Origin: Candidatus Skiveiella danica
GTDB lineage: Bacteria > Pseudomonadota > Gammaproteobacteria > Burkholderiales > Burkholderiaceae_C
Reading direction: 5' to 3'
Length of the DNA stretch: 64,000 bases
Assembly: GCA_016721925.1 (NCBI GenBank)
Contig: JADKHE010000006.1
Location: 120,356 to 184,355 of the forward strand
In this document: positions 18,366-27,961 of the stretch, piece after piece
Position numbering within the stretch: position 1 is the first letter of the stretch
How the letters are laid out: every line of letters starts with the position of its first letter
The notes under the pieces: generated by a model
Database searches by the model: none
What the model was told of the DNA's origin: nothing
What the model saw: only the letters and a program-made list of their open reading frames with translations
Program-made: the position numbers and the translations under genes

Positions 18366-20410
18366 TTGACACTTTGGGCGCGACTGCAGGGCATGTTCCG
18401 GGCCCGGTACGGCGTCGTCGTGCTGAGCGTCGCGTTGGGTTTGTTGGGTTGGGCCACAATAAGGAGTCTTACCGGGAACTGGCTGCCAATGCTCGAAGAT
18501 CGCAGCGGCGATCTGGTCTGGCGCATGGGTGCCGAGCGCAAGGACGAGCGTCGCCTCATACTTGTAGACATCAACGAACAAAGCCTCCGTGAAATCGGTC
18601 CTTGGCCGTGGCCGCGCGCAACGCAGGCACGGCTGATCGAGCAGCTTGCCAAGGCGGGTGCTCGCCAGCAGATTCTTGACATTGTTCTGGCCGATGCCAA
18701 ACCCGACGACGCCAAACTGGAACAGGTCCTGCAGCAGCATCCGTCCGTGCTGGCTCAGATCTTCGCCTTGGATCCGGGCACGGGCCCCTCATCCGGCAGA
18801 CCCGCCGGTGCGCTTGACTGGACCGCCTGTCCGCCGCTGTTTCCCGAGGCGACCGGTTATCTCGCCACAGCGCCAACGCTGGCGGGGCGCCTGGTTGGAC
18901 ACATCACCCCGAGAGTCGCGCCCGACGGGTTGGTCCGGCATCAGCCTGCCGTCATTTGCAGCGATAACCGGTCTTACCCGGCACTGAGCCTGGTTGCGCT
19001 CATGAACGGCACGGGGGAAACCGGCCTGGTATTGCAGCGCGGTGCCAGCCCGCTGGATGCTCCTTGGATGCTCAGCGGTAGAAGCCAGGCGTTCCCCGCC
19101 ATTGCGCTGGACGAGAACGGCGACATCCGCATTCCGTGGAAACTGCATCCCCACAGCTTCATCAGCTTGTCCGCCGCCGACGTGCTCGCCGACCGCGTGC
19201 CGGCTGGCCTGTTGAGTGGCGCGTGGGTGCTGGTGGGCAGCAGCGCCTTCGGACTCCATGATGTCATTGCCACGCCCTTTGAAGGCGCCGCAGCGGGATT
19301 GCAGGTTCATGCTGAAATCATCACGGCCATGATCGATGGGCGCATTCCAGCCACGCCAAGCGGTGCACCGGCCTACCGTTTCATCATGGCCGTGCTGGGC
19401 ATCGCTTTGCTGATGTTCATGGCGCGTGAGCGAAAGCGGTTTCCGGTTTACCTGGTTCCTTTGGCGGCTGCGGCATGGGGCGTGGTCTTGTGGGGAATTC
19501 ATGGCCTGTTTCAGATCAAGGCATCGATCTGGTTGGGTTGGGCCGATCCAGCCTTGTTTGTCGGCCTCTCTGGCCTGACGATGGGCATTCTCGAGCATGC
19601 TCGTAGCCGGGTCGACCGGGACCGCCTCTATACCCATCTCTCCAGCTACCTGCCGGCGCCCGTGGCCGAGGCGCTCGCGCAACAGTCGCCTTCCAGTGCC
19701 ATCCGGGCTAGCACCCGGCAGGTTTCGGTCATGTTCGCCGATATCCGCAATTTCTCCGCCTACTGCGAAGCCCGGCCCCCGGAGGAGGCAGCCGCCGTCT
19801 TGCACGCATTTTCTCCACGGCAGCAAGGGTCATCAAGGCCCATGGGGGTGTCATAGAATCCTTCCAGGGTGATGCGGTCTTCGCTGTCTGGAACAGCGAC
19901 GGCAAGGCAGAACAACAAACAACCCAGTCCATGAACCTCGATGCCCCAGAACACAGCTTTGAACCTGAGTCGGACCCGATTTCTGTCTGGGGTGTGGCCC
20001 CGGAGCCACAGGTGCCGGAGCGCACAGGCAGGCCATCCCACGCCCAATTGGCGCTGAACGCCGCCATCAGTCTGCAGCAAGCCATTCAGGGCGTCCTTCC
20101 GGATCCTGCGCCCGCCGGGCTTGAACCCTTGGCACTCGGTATCGGCGTCGAAACCGGTCCCGCCATGTCGGGTTCATTCGGGCTGGCGAGCCGGCGAACG
20201 CACATGGTCATGGGACGCACCGTCACGATCGCCAGCCGCCTGGTCGGCATGACGGCCGACCTCGCCTACCCGATTCTCGTCGGCGAAGGACTGGCGGCAC
20301 AGGTGGGCGGCATCGGACTGAAGTCGATGGGAGTCTTCTTGCTGGATGGGCTCAGGGTGCCGCACCACGTGTACGCCCCCCCCATTTCTGCCGCGCCCAC
20401 CGTTCAGTAG
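18366..20410 (+). pseudogene. CHASE2 sensor domain / class III adenylate-guanylate cyclase membrane protein; one apparent frameshift
   Basis: A CHASE2 N-terminal region (ILVDINEQSLREIGPWPWPRATQARLIEQLAKAG) and TM helices are followed by the cyclase start VSVMFADIRNFSAY...AAAVLHAF. After the T-run at 19809-19812 the domain continues in another frame (STAARVIKAHGGVIESFQGDAVFAVW ... GIGVETGPAMSGSFG...MGRTVTIASRL). The start is ATGA-coupled to the fecR-like stop. Confidence 0.85.
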
Positions 20411-20420
20411 CCTCGGTGCA

Positions 20421-21932
20421 ATGCGAGCCTGCGCCCAACGTCCAGGTCGAGCGTTCGTGGCCGCGACGCCCCGCATCGCTTGTCGGATGCTGCTGGCGGC
20501 ACTGGTCTGCGCAAGTAGCGCGGGGGTTGCTGCGCAGCCCGCCGGGCGCTCGTTACCGTTGCAGGCTGAGGCCGGGGCCGCCGTGCCGGATGCCGCCCGA
20601 CCCCTCGCCTGCCGCACACTGAATGCGAGCCTGGAGGCCCTGTTGGCGGAAGTCGCACAATGCCAGACGGACGCCGAGTTTCTGGCTCAGCTGGGTTTTC
20701 TGCTCAATGCCCAGGGCCGCTACACAGAAGCGCTCGACCATCTGGAGCGCGCCTTGATGCTCAATCCCGGCCTGAAGGGCGCCCAGATCGACTACGCCGT
20801 GGCGCTCGCTGGCATCGGCGACTATGCATCGGCGCTGACACTGGTTCAAGACCTGCTGGCCGATCCCACGTTACCCAGCGGTTTGGTGCCGGTGCTTCAG
20901 CGCCAGATTGAGAACCTGTCGGTCTCGATGAACACTGGGGCGGCTACGCCTGACAAGCCCCTGCGGGTTCGTGGAACGGCTGGTGTTCAGGTAGGCTATG
21001 CCACCAACCCGCTCGGTTCGCCCAATCTTTCATCCCTGATCCTCACCTTTCCCGGTCTGCCCGTCGAGTTGCCGCTGGACGGCAGCTACCTGGCGCGTCC
21101 GGGCTCGTACGGACGCGCCGACGCCAGCCTTTCCATGCGCTATGACGCTGGCAACGATGTCCTTTACGACTTCTTTGGCGGCGTGCAGGGATTTCGAAGC
21201 GTGCTGGCTGAAAGCTCCCGGTCGCAGCAGGCCGAGTTTGCCGTTGAGCGAATGGCCGGATCGAACAGTCTGGGCAACGGATCTTCGCCAGTGGCGTTCT
21301 ATCAAGGCCTGTCGGTCCTCGGGCTCCATACGGCGGCGGGCGTCCGCTACCAGTCGCAGATCCTGACTGCGGGCGTCGAGCTGCCAGGTTTGACCGGCTG
21401 GCAGTTGTTTTCTTCCGATCCTGCACCGAACTGCCGGAGCCGCGTGGGATTCGAAGCATTCAACCGCGAATTGAGCAGCAACCGGCTGTTGTCGGGCCTT
21501 TATGGCGGCGTCAGCGGGCAGTGGCGATGCTATCCGGCGCAAGGAGGATTTTGGCAACTTGGGCTGGTGGCGGGGCGCGACCATGGCAAGCAGCAAACAC
21601 GCCCCGGTGGCGACCAGATCCAATATGCCGCTCGGGCCAGCCGCTTGTGGCTCAATCGCCAGTGGGCACCGTCCGGGCTCGAGCGCGTGGGCAATCTGCT
21701 CGTGGTGGCCGCGGTGACGGGACTGCAGGACACCACCGCCTACAGCCCGTTGCTGGACTACGGGCGCGTGCGCCAGATTCACCAGTTCAACCTGCGGGTT
21801 GAACTCCAGCAGCAGCTGGCCACGAACTGGCAGCTACTCTGGGGCGTGGACTGGTTTCAGCAAAAGGCCACGCTTCGCCTCTTCACCTTCGGCAATGTGG
21901 GGCCCTACGTGGCCTTGCGTACCGTGTGGTAA
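20421..21932 (+). CDS. TPR-containing outer-membrane beta-barrel protein candidate
   Basis: A signal-like MLLAALVCASSAGVAAQ (alternative start 20487) is followed by TPR-like helices (AEFLAQLGFLLNAQGRYTEALDHLERALMLNPGL...) and about 330 aa of alternating beta-strand-like sequence. It ends ...YVALRTVW, an aromatic C-terminus typical of OMPs. Confidence 0.55.
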   Translation: MRACAQRPGRAFVAATPRIACRMLLAALVCASSAGVAAQPAGRSLPLQAEAGAAVPDAARPLACRTLNASLEALLAEVAQCQTDAEFLAQLGFLLNAQGRYTEALDHLERALMLNPGLKGAQIDYAVALAGIGDYASALTLVQDLLADPTLPSGLVPVLQRQIENLSVSMNTGAATPDKPLRVRGTAGVQVGYATNPLGSPNLSSLILTFPGLPVELPLDGSYLARPGSYGRADASLSMRYDAGNDVLYDFFGGVQGFRSVLAESSRSQQAEFAVERMAGSNSLGNGSSPVAFYQGLSVLGLHTAAGVRYQSQILTAGVELPGLTGWQLFSSDPAPNCRSRVGFEAFNRELSSNRLLSGLYGGVSGQWRCYPAQGGFWQLGLVAGRDHGKQQTRPGGDQIQYAARASRLWLNRQWAPSGLERVGNLLVVAAVTGLQDTTAYSPLLDYGRVRQIHQFNLRVELQQQLATNWQLLWGVDWFQQKATLRLFTFGNVGPYVALRTVW

Positions 21933-22001
21933 GCGAGTAAGCTGGCTCGAATGTAATTGGTTGTTGTATTTATGCAAATCAGCCCCAAGGCAATCAAAAC
22001 G

Positions 22002-22045
22002 TGTGACTGAAATCACTCGAATGCGCCAAGCGTCTTGGCTATACT
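22002..22045 (+). promoter_or_regulatory. candidate class-II CRP-dependent promoter of the RTX/S-layer-type gene
   Basis: TGTGACTGAAATCACT (22002-22017) has one mismatch to TGTGA-N6-TCACA. It is centred about 33 bp upstream of a TATACT -10 hexamer (22040-22045), that is near -42 relative to a presumed start at about 22052. This would leave a 5' UTR of about 190 nt. Confidence 0.3.
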
Positions 22046-22238
22046 GAAAGTTCAGGTAGGCCTATTGGTCTCACATCAGTGTCAGGAAGCTGCCATTACG
22101 TGTGATAATCCAACGGGTAACTTGCAAGGGTGAGCGGGTGATGTCATGCTCCAAATGCCTTCCGGCATGGAGGAGCGGGCAAAAGCGGCTCCGGTGTTTA
22201 ACTTGTTACTTCGTGAAAATTTAACTGAGGAACTTCTT

Positions 22239-25200
22239 ATGTCTCAACCAACAGTATTTGGCCCATCCGCCGCCGTTACGATGACCAACCTGGCGCTCTA
22301 TGGCGACAGCTATGTGCTGACCCCGCCTCGAGTTTGCCAACCAGGTCAATCAAGCAACGCCCAACCTCTACGCGTTTGCGAATCAGCTCGCAGCGCCCTT
22401 CGTCAACTCTCCGATGACCACGACCGCCTACGTGAACATCGTCCTGACGAACATGGGTGTAAATGCCGAGCCGCTGACCAGCGCCGTGGTGGCTTACATG
22501 AACAGCGTCGGTCGCGCCAACTGGGCACCGTGACCTTGCAGCTCGGCCAGATCCTGTCCGGTCTGACCGGCGACGCCACCTACGGCGCGGCTGCCAACGC
22601 CTGGAATGCCCTGGTTTCCGCCAACTTCGCCGAGTGGACCGGCAGCGCTCCGGTGCCTGGCAGCAACATCGCCATGACCACCACCGCCAACGAACTCGTT
22701 ATGGGCACGAGTGGCGATGACACGTTCTCCGGCTCCACCGGCACCTTCCAGGGTGGCGACACCGTTCGCGGTGGCGGCGGCAATGACATCCTGATGCTGA
22801 GCCTGCAAGCCGGCCTCTACAACAACGTCACGACCCAGGGCGTGAACCGCATTGAGATCGACGCGGACGGCGACGTGACCGTCGGCGCCAGCAAGTTCTC
22901 CACCGAGCTGCAGTCCATCCTGATCACCAACAAGTCCACCGGCAACATGGTGCTGAACGACCTGCAGGAAGACAGCCGCAACTCCATCATGTTCGAGTTG
23001 AACGACGTCGCCGCCGATGTCACGCTGAACTTCGACCAGCAAGCGGTGCAAGGCGCATCGACCGTCGAAGTCATGCTGACCGAAGTCACCGGCGCGCTGG
23101 CGCTGGTGGGTGAAAACGGCGAAGCCATCGAAACCACCATTCTGAACGTGCAAGACGTCAAGGGCGCGGCCTCCACGCTCAAGAGCCTGTCGGCCACCGG
23201 TGGTACCACGCTTGAAATCAAGGGTGGCCTCGCGGGTCAGGCCTTCACCATCACGGCACCATTGCCCTCGACCCTGACCACCGTCAACGCGGCCTCGGCA
23301 GCGGGCGTGTTCGCCGGCAACCTGGTGCTCGACGTGACGGGCAACGGCGCTTCCAAGGCTCTGGCCCTGACCGGCGGCTCCGGCGACGACAAGATCAACA
23401 TCGGCGACGGCTACGGCGACGGCGACGTCCTGAACGGCGGCGCGGGCGCGGACGAGATCACCATCAACTTCACCACCTCTGTGGACACCACGCGCGCCGC
23501 CGCGATGACCAAGTTCGAGACGGCCAACGTCGCCTTCAATGCGCCCGTTTCCTTCGAAGGCGCTGCAGTGGACGACCTGAAGACCATCAACCTGAATGCA
23601 TCCACCAGCCGGGCCGACTTCAACAAGATGGACAGCACGCTGACCACCCTCAACATCAAGGCCAACCTGGCCCAGGGCGTTGAGGTGGACTACGACGGCG
23701 TGGCTTTCGCATCGCTCGACATCAACATCGAAGGCACGACCAAGGATGTGGCGGCACCCGCCACCGCAGCCATCGGCAATGCTGGCAACACGTCGGCCAT
23801 CCGCGTCGTCAATGCCGATGTGGTCAACCTGACCACCAAGGCCACTGGCAATGTCACGCTGGATGCCGCGTTGCAGCTGGACGACAAGGACGCCAACGGT
23901 CGCTCCACCTCGGTGTTGAACATCCAGAGCCAGTCGGACTTTGATCTGACCATCCTGGGCAGCCTTGACGGCGGCGGCGTGCTTTCGGCAATCGTCGACA
24001 GCAACGACGTGCAGGAAGTCACTGTTCAGACCAACAAATTTGGCCGCATCTTCGCAGGCAATGCAGACGTTGCCTTCATGGAGGATGCTGACGCGTTGCA
24101 GAACCTCACGATCAAGTCGTCCACCGATGGTGACATCGAAATGGGTCTGATCGGTGCGCGTGACTCCTTCGGCGACTTCGGCGACAACCCCAGCGACCTC
24201 GAAACCATCACCATCGATGCGGCGCTCAGTTCGACGATCACCCAGTGGGGCATTGACGCCGATGACAGCTTCGCCGGTGCTGGCTCGGCTTCCACGGTGA
24301 ACACGATCAATATTACGGGTGGCCGTTCTTCGACGATCAACCTGTTTGGGTCTGCCCTTGGGACCAACAGCCTGGCAAACGATCGTGGCACGAACGTGCA
24401 GGGTCCCGTGTCCAAAGTTGGTTCCGTCACCGGGGACAACTGGTTGCAGTCGGCGTCCATCGGTACCGTGATGATCAATACCTTGGGTCTGGTGCAGGGC
24501 GAAATCAACGCTGCCTATGACATGAATGACGGCGGCGCTACCGAGACGTTCTTCAATAACCTGATCGGGCTTGATCAGGAGGTGCAGCAGGGCGGCTCCA
24601 ACGTGATGGTGTCGGGTAGCGGCAACGTGACAGGCCTGTACTTCCAGGACGAAGTGGCCGCTTTGGTGGACGCCACCGGGCTGACCAGCACGGCCGCCAA
24701 CCACAGCGTTGACCTCGCAGAGGCGACCAACGGGTTCCAGACGGGGTATGACATTGATGTTCCGCAGGATAACCTCTACACGTTTGCGGTGCTCGCCAAT
24801 GATCCGCACAACGCACCCGCCAGCAAAGGCTTCACCTTCCGGGGAACCGAATCGGGCGATCTGGTGTTTGCGACCAACTCGGCCGACACGCTGGCCGGTA
24901 ATGGCGGCAACGACTTGCTGGTCGGTTACGGTGGCGCTGATACCATTGACGGCGGTGCCGGCAACGACGTGCTGTTCGGCGACTCCATGGATCCCAACCG
25001 TGGTCTTACCGGCAACGCCACTGCGGTGGGCAATGACAACATCGTCGGTGGTGCGGGCAACGATTGGATCATCGGTGGCGGCAACGCGGCCAACAAGGCC
25101 GGGACGCTTGAAACGCTGACCGGTGGTGCCGGACTCGACGTGTTTGCCTACGTGTTCGACTCGGCGAGCCTTGTTAACGCGCTGGCGGCCAATCCCCTTT

Positions 25201-25642
25201 ACACCGAAGCCGGCAAGTCGACCAGCCTCGCCTTGGGCGGGCAAGACGTGATCACCGACTTCACGCCCGGCGTTGATACGATTCAGATCGACGCTGGGCC
25301 GGTGGCGGTGACAACTTCTACGCGATTGCCTTCTACGCCAGTCAGGGCCACTGCGACGAACATCGGTGCGGTGCCGCTTTGATGTGCAGGTCGTGGTTCG
25401 CCGAGGTGACTACAACGCCAACGGCACCTTCAATCCCAAGTGCCACTGGCGCCGACTACCAAGTGCTGTTCGCGGCAAACGGTGCTGACTTCTCGTCGAC
25501 CATGTTTGCCCGTACCACCCTTCTGCCGGCTGCGTTCGCCGGCGGCGGAGTCGACTTCACCGAGGCGGTGCATGAAATCGGCATTCTCGGTCTGGCCGCG
25601 CAGGGTGGCAGCCTGACCACCAGCGACTTTAACTTCATCTGA
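22239..25642 (+). pseudogene. large Cys-free RTX-type Ca-binding repeat protein (T1SS substrate; S-layer protein candidate), several frame disruptions at both ends
   Basis: ATG 22239 follows a GAGGAA SD. The long central frame is Thr/Ala/Gly/Asn/Val/Asp-rich with no Cys. GGxGxD repeats (GNGGNDLLVGYGGADTIDGGAGNDVLFG, GGAGNDWIIGGG) lie near the C-terminus, and the tail ...GGSLTTSDFNFI sits in a different frame (25379..25642). Shifts occur near 22322, 22525 and between 25290 and 25440. Confidence 0.8.
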
Positions 25643-25663
25643 TCGCCCGACAGCGAACAGAGG

Positions 25664-25720
25664 GGCCCCGGGAAGCCGGGGCCTGACAAACAAAAAAGCC
25701 GGCTTGTCCGGCTTTTTTTT
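25664..25720 (+). terminator. tandem rho-independent terminators after the RTX gene
   Basis: Hairpin 1 is GGCCCCGG-gaag-CCGGGGCC (25664-25683). Hairpin 2 is AAAAAAGCCGG-cttgt-CCGGCTTTTTTTT (25692-25720), with an A-tract and a T-tract, so it is potentially bidirectional. Confidence 0.8.
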
Positions 25721-26327
25721 GCCCGGTATCGGCAATCAGGTGCCGGCGCAATTTCTCGAGTGATCTGCTCGCAGGATGCAAACACCAGGCGGAGCGGGAT
25801 CGATCGCAAGCCGACCGATGGAGGATGGCGCTACCGAGGCGGCGCGATGCCAGAAGCCGTGTTATGAGGGCCGCAGGCGGGCGGCAATGCCGGGCGCGCG
25901 ATGTGCGAGCGGTCGGCCAGGCAGCACCGAAAATGGGGCCGAAGCGGCGCGACGGCGAAGGACCGGTGCCGTGGCTGCGAAGAGACGCAACGCATGGGCG
26001 ACTTCGAACCGACGGGCAGGCAGCCCGCATAGTCGGGACCGACCGGTGTCAGCCCCTGAATCCAGGACGTGGAGGTCCTGGACTCAAACGTTCCAGCTGC
26101 CACGGGGCGGACTGCATCCAGAATGGCGAGGCGTCCCAATCGAGACACCGAGCCATTCGACGATTGGGCCGGGCTGCGGAATCATTGATTTATACTTCCC
26201 CGGCCTGCGGGGGTACATGCCCGCCAGGGGGCAAGATCGTGAAGTGCCACGAATAGCCCGTCATTGCAGCGCGGAGAGTTTCCGATCCCCGTTTCCTCTT
26301 TATCTTTTGCGGAAAGACCGTCCAGAC

Positions 26328-27908
26328 ATGAACAACAGCAGCGCAGCCTGGCAGCATGGCTACTACGCGGCCGATGGTTACACCTATGGGTATTACCGGG
26401 AGATGACGCCCACCCACCTTGCTTGGGCAGCCCTGCTGCAAGGCGAAGTCATGCCATTGCAGCGTTTTCGCTACGTCGATCTGGGCTGTGGCCAGGGATT
26501 CAACTTGATCCTGCTCGCTGCATGTTTTCCCGACAGCCAGTTTCTGGGCATTGACTTCATGCCAGCCCATGTGCGCCACGCCCGAAAGTTGGCCGAAGAG
26601 GCGGAACTCACCAACATCCGCTTTGTCGAGGCTGATTTCTTGCAGTTGGCGCAAAGCCCGGTTTCGTTGCTCGACGGATCGGGCAGCGAACTGGATGGCC
26701 AGGTCGACTATGCCGTCGCCCACGGGATTGCCTCGTGGGTTTCGCCGACGGTGCGCGCCAGCCTGTGGGCCTTGGCGGGTCGCCTGCTCCGCCCCGGTGG
26801 GCTGTATTACACCAGCTACAACACCGTGCCCGGATGGCTGTCGGCGCAGCCCTTCCAGCACCTGGTCAGGCTCAATGCCCGCACGGCGGTTGACGGCGCC
26901 GTGGCGATCCGCAAGGCACTCGAGACTTTCGCCCGGCTGGAAGAGGTCAAGGCCCCCATTTTCGCCGCGCAACCCGGGCTGAAGGCCCGCCTTAAAACGG
27001 CGAGCGAACAGGACATGGCCTACGTGACCCAGGAGTACAACAACCAGAGTTGGCAACCGCTGTTCGTCGCGGATATGATGGCCGAGGCCGAAGCGGTCAA
27101 GTTGGCGTGGCTGGGCACGGCCACCCTGCCGGACATGTTTGATGGCTTGATGCCGGCGGCGGCCGCCAAACTGATTCAGGCCGAAGCCGACCCCGTGATG
27201 CGGGAGTCTCTGAGAGATATTGCGACCCTGAAGGCATTCCGGCGTGACCTCTACATCAAGGGCAAAGCGCCTGCCTGGGCTGGCGAGCGCCAACGGCGTA
27301 TCACGGCGACGCGTTTTGTGAGCGCGCCCTTCATGGAGTTGCCTGAAGGCAGCAACGGAAAGCTTGAGCTTGCAACGTCGGCCGGCAAGATCAACTTCAA
27401 TCGTAGCGTCTTCAAGAACGTTCTCGATATCACAGGGCAGCCGGGCGGCGCCAGTCTGGATGAAATCCAGGTGCGAACCGGTGACGCCAGCCTGAGCAAT
27501 ACCGTGCAAAAAGTGTCCTTGATGATGGACGCCGGCTGGATTCAAATCCCGCTCGCAGCACCTGCCAACGCGGCAAGGTTGAACCTGGCGATCGCGCAGG
27601 CGGTTCGGGACGGCGCACCTTACCGGGTACTCGCCGTGCCTGGCGTCGGGCAGGCAGCCTCAATGGATGCGTTGAAGGCCTTGTTGCTGGCCGAAAGCGC
27701 AAACGGAGAGCAATTTCCGGCACAGGCGCCTGCGGCGGAGGAACTCCTGGAGAAACTGGCGCAATTGCGGCGCAAACTGACCGTCTCACTGGAAATAGAT
27801 GGGGCAAAGCACACGGAAGGTCCCGTGTTTGACGCCGAACTCGAGCGCCTCGTCAGGGAATTTTCAGGCCCGTTCTGGCAGGCGGGCAAGTCCCTGGGGA
27901 TGCTCTGA
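26328..27908 (+). CDS. class I SAM-dependent methyltransferase with C-terminal methyltransferase-regulatory-type domain
   Basis: The start is at MNNSSAAWQHGYY (ATG 26328). It has a SAM-binding motif YVDLGCGQGFNLILLA and then IRFVEADF. The ~330-aa C-terminal extension fits the architecture I recall for MethyTransf_Reg proteins. The upstream 184 codons of the 710-aa ORF-track entry are Arg-rich and rejected. Confidence 0.75.
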   Translation: MNNSSAAWQHGYYAADGYTYGYYREMTPTHLAWAALLQGEVMPLQRFRYVDLGCGQGFNLILLAACFPDSQFLGIDFMPAHVRHARKLAEEAELTNIRFVEADFLQLAQSPVSLLDGSGSELDGQVDYAVAHGIASWVSPTVRASLWALAGRLLRPGGLYYTSYNTVPGWLSAQPFQHLVRLNARTAVDGAVAIRKALETFARLEEVKAPIFAAQPGLKARLKTASEQDMAYVTQEYNNQSWQPLFVADMMAEAEAVKLAWLGTATLPDMFDGLMPAAAAKLIQAEADPVMRESLRDIATLKAFRRDLYIKGKAPAWAGERQRRITATRFVSAPFMELPEGSNGKLELATSAGKINFNRSVFKNVLDITGQPGGASLDEIQVRTGDASLSNTVQKVSLMMDAGWIQIPLAAPANAARLNLAIAQAVRDGAPYRVLAVPGVGQAASMDALKALLLAESANGEQFPAQAPAAEELLEKLAQLRRKLTVSLEIDGAKHTEGPVFDAELERLVREFSGPFWQAGKSLGML

Positions 27909-27961
27909 CAGGGAACGGTAGGCCCAGCCCGTCAACGAAACCGTTCGTCAAAAGGAAGTCG

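Noticed and set aside
22099-22115. Additional CRP-like half sites (TGTGATAATCCAACGG at about 22102; TGTCAGGAGGTGTCAC at 35811-35826)
   Set aside because: The first has no matching second half-site. The second is dominated by the AGGAGG Shine-Dalgarno of the GT4 gene and has shifted spacing.
22494-25244. 916-aa ORF antisense to the RTX gene
   Set aside because: It is a shadow ORF of a G+C-rich gene. The translation is Arg/Gly/Val/His-rich with no motif, whereas the sense strand has clear RTX repeats, an SD and a terminator.
25776-26327. N-terminal 184 codons of the 710-aa ORF as part of the methyltransferase
   Set aside because: The translation is Arg-rich junk. The methyltransferase fold and a plausible N-terminus begin at ATG 26328.
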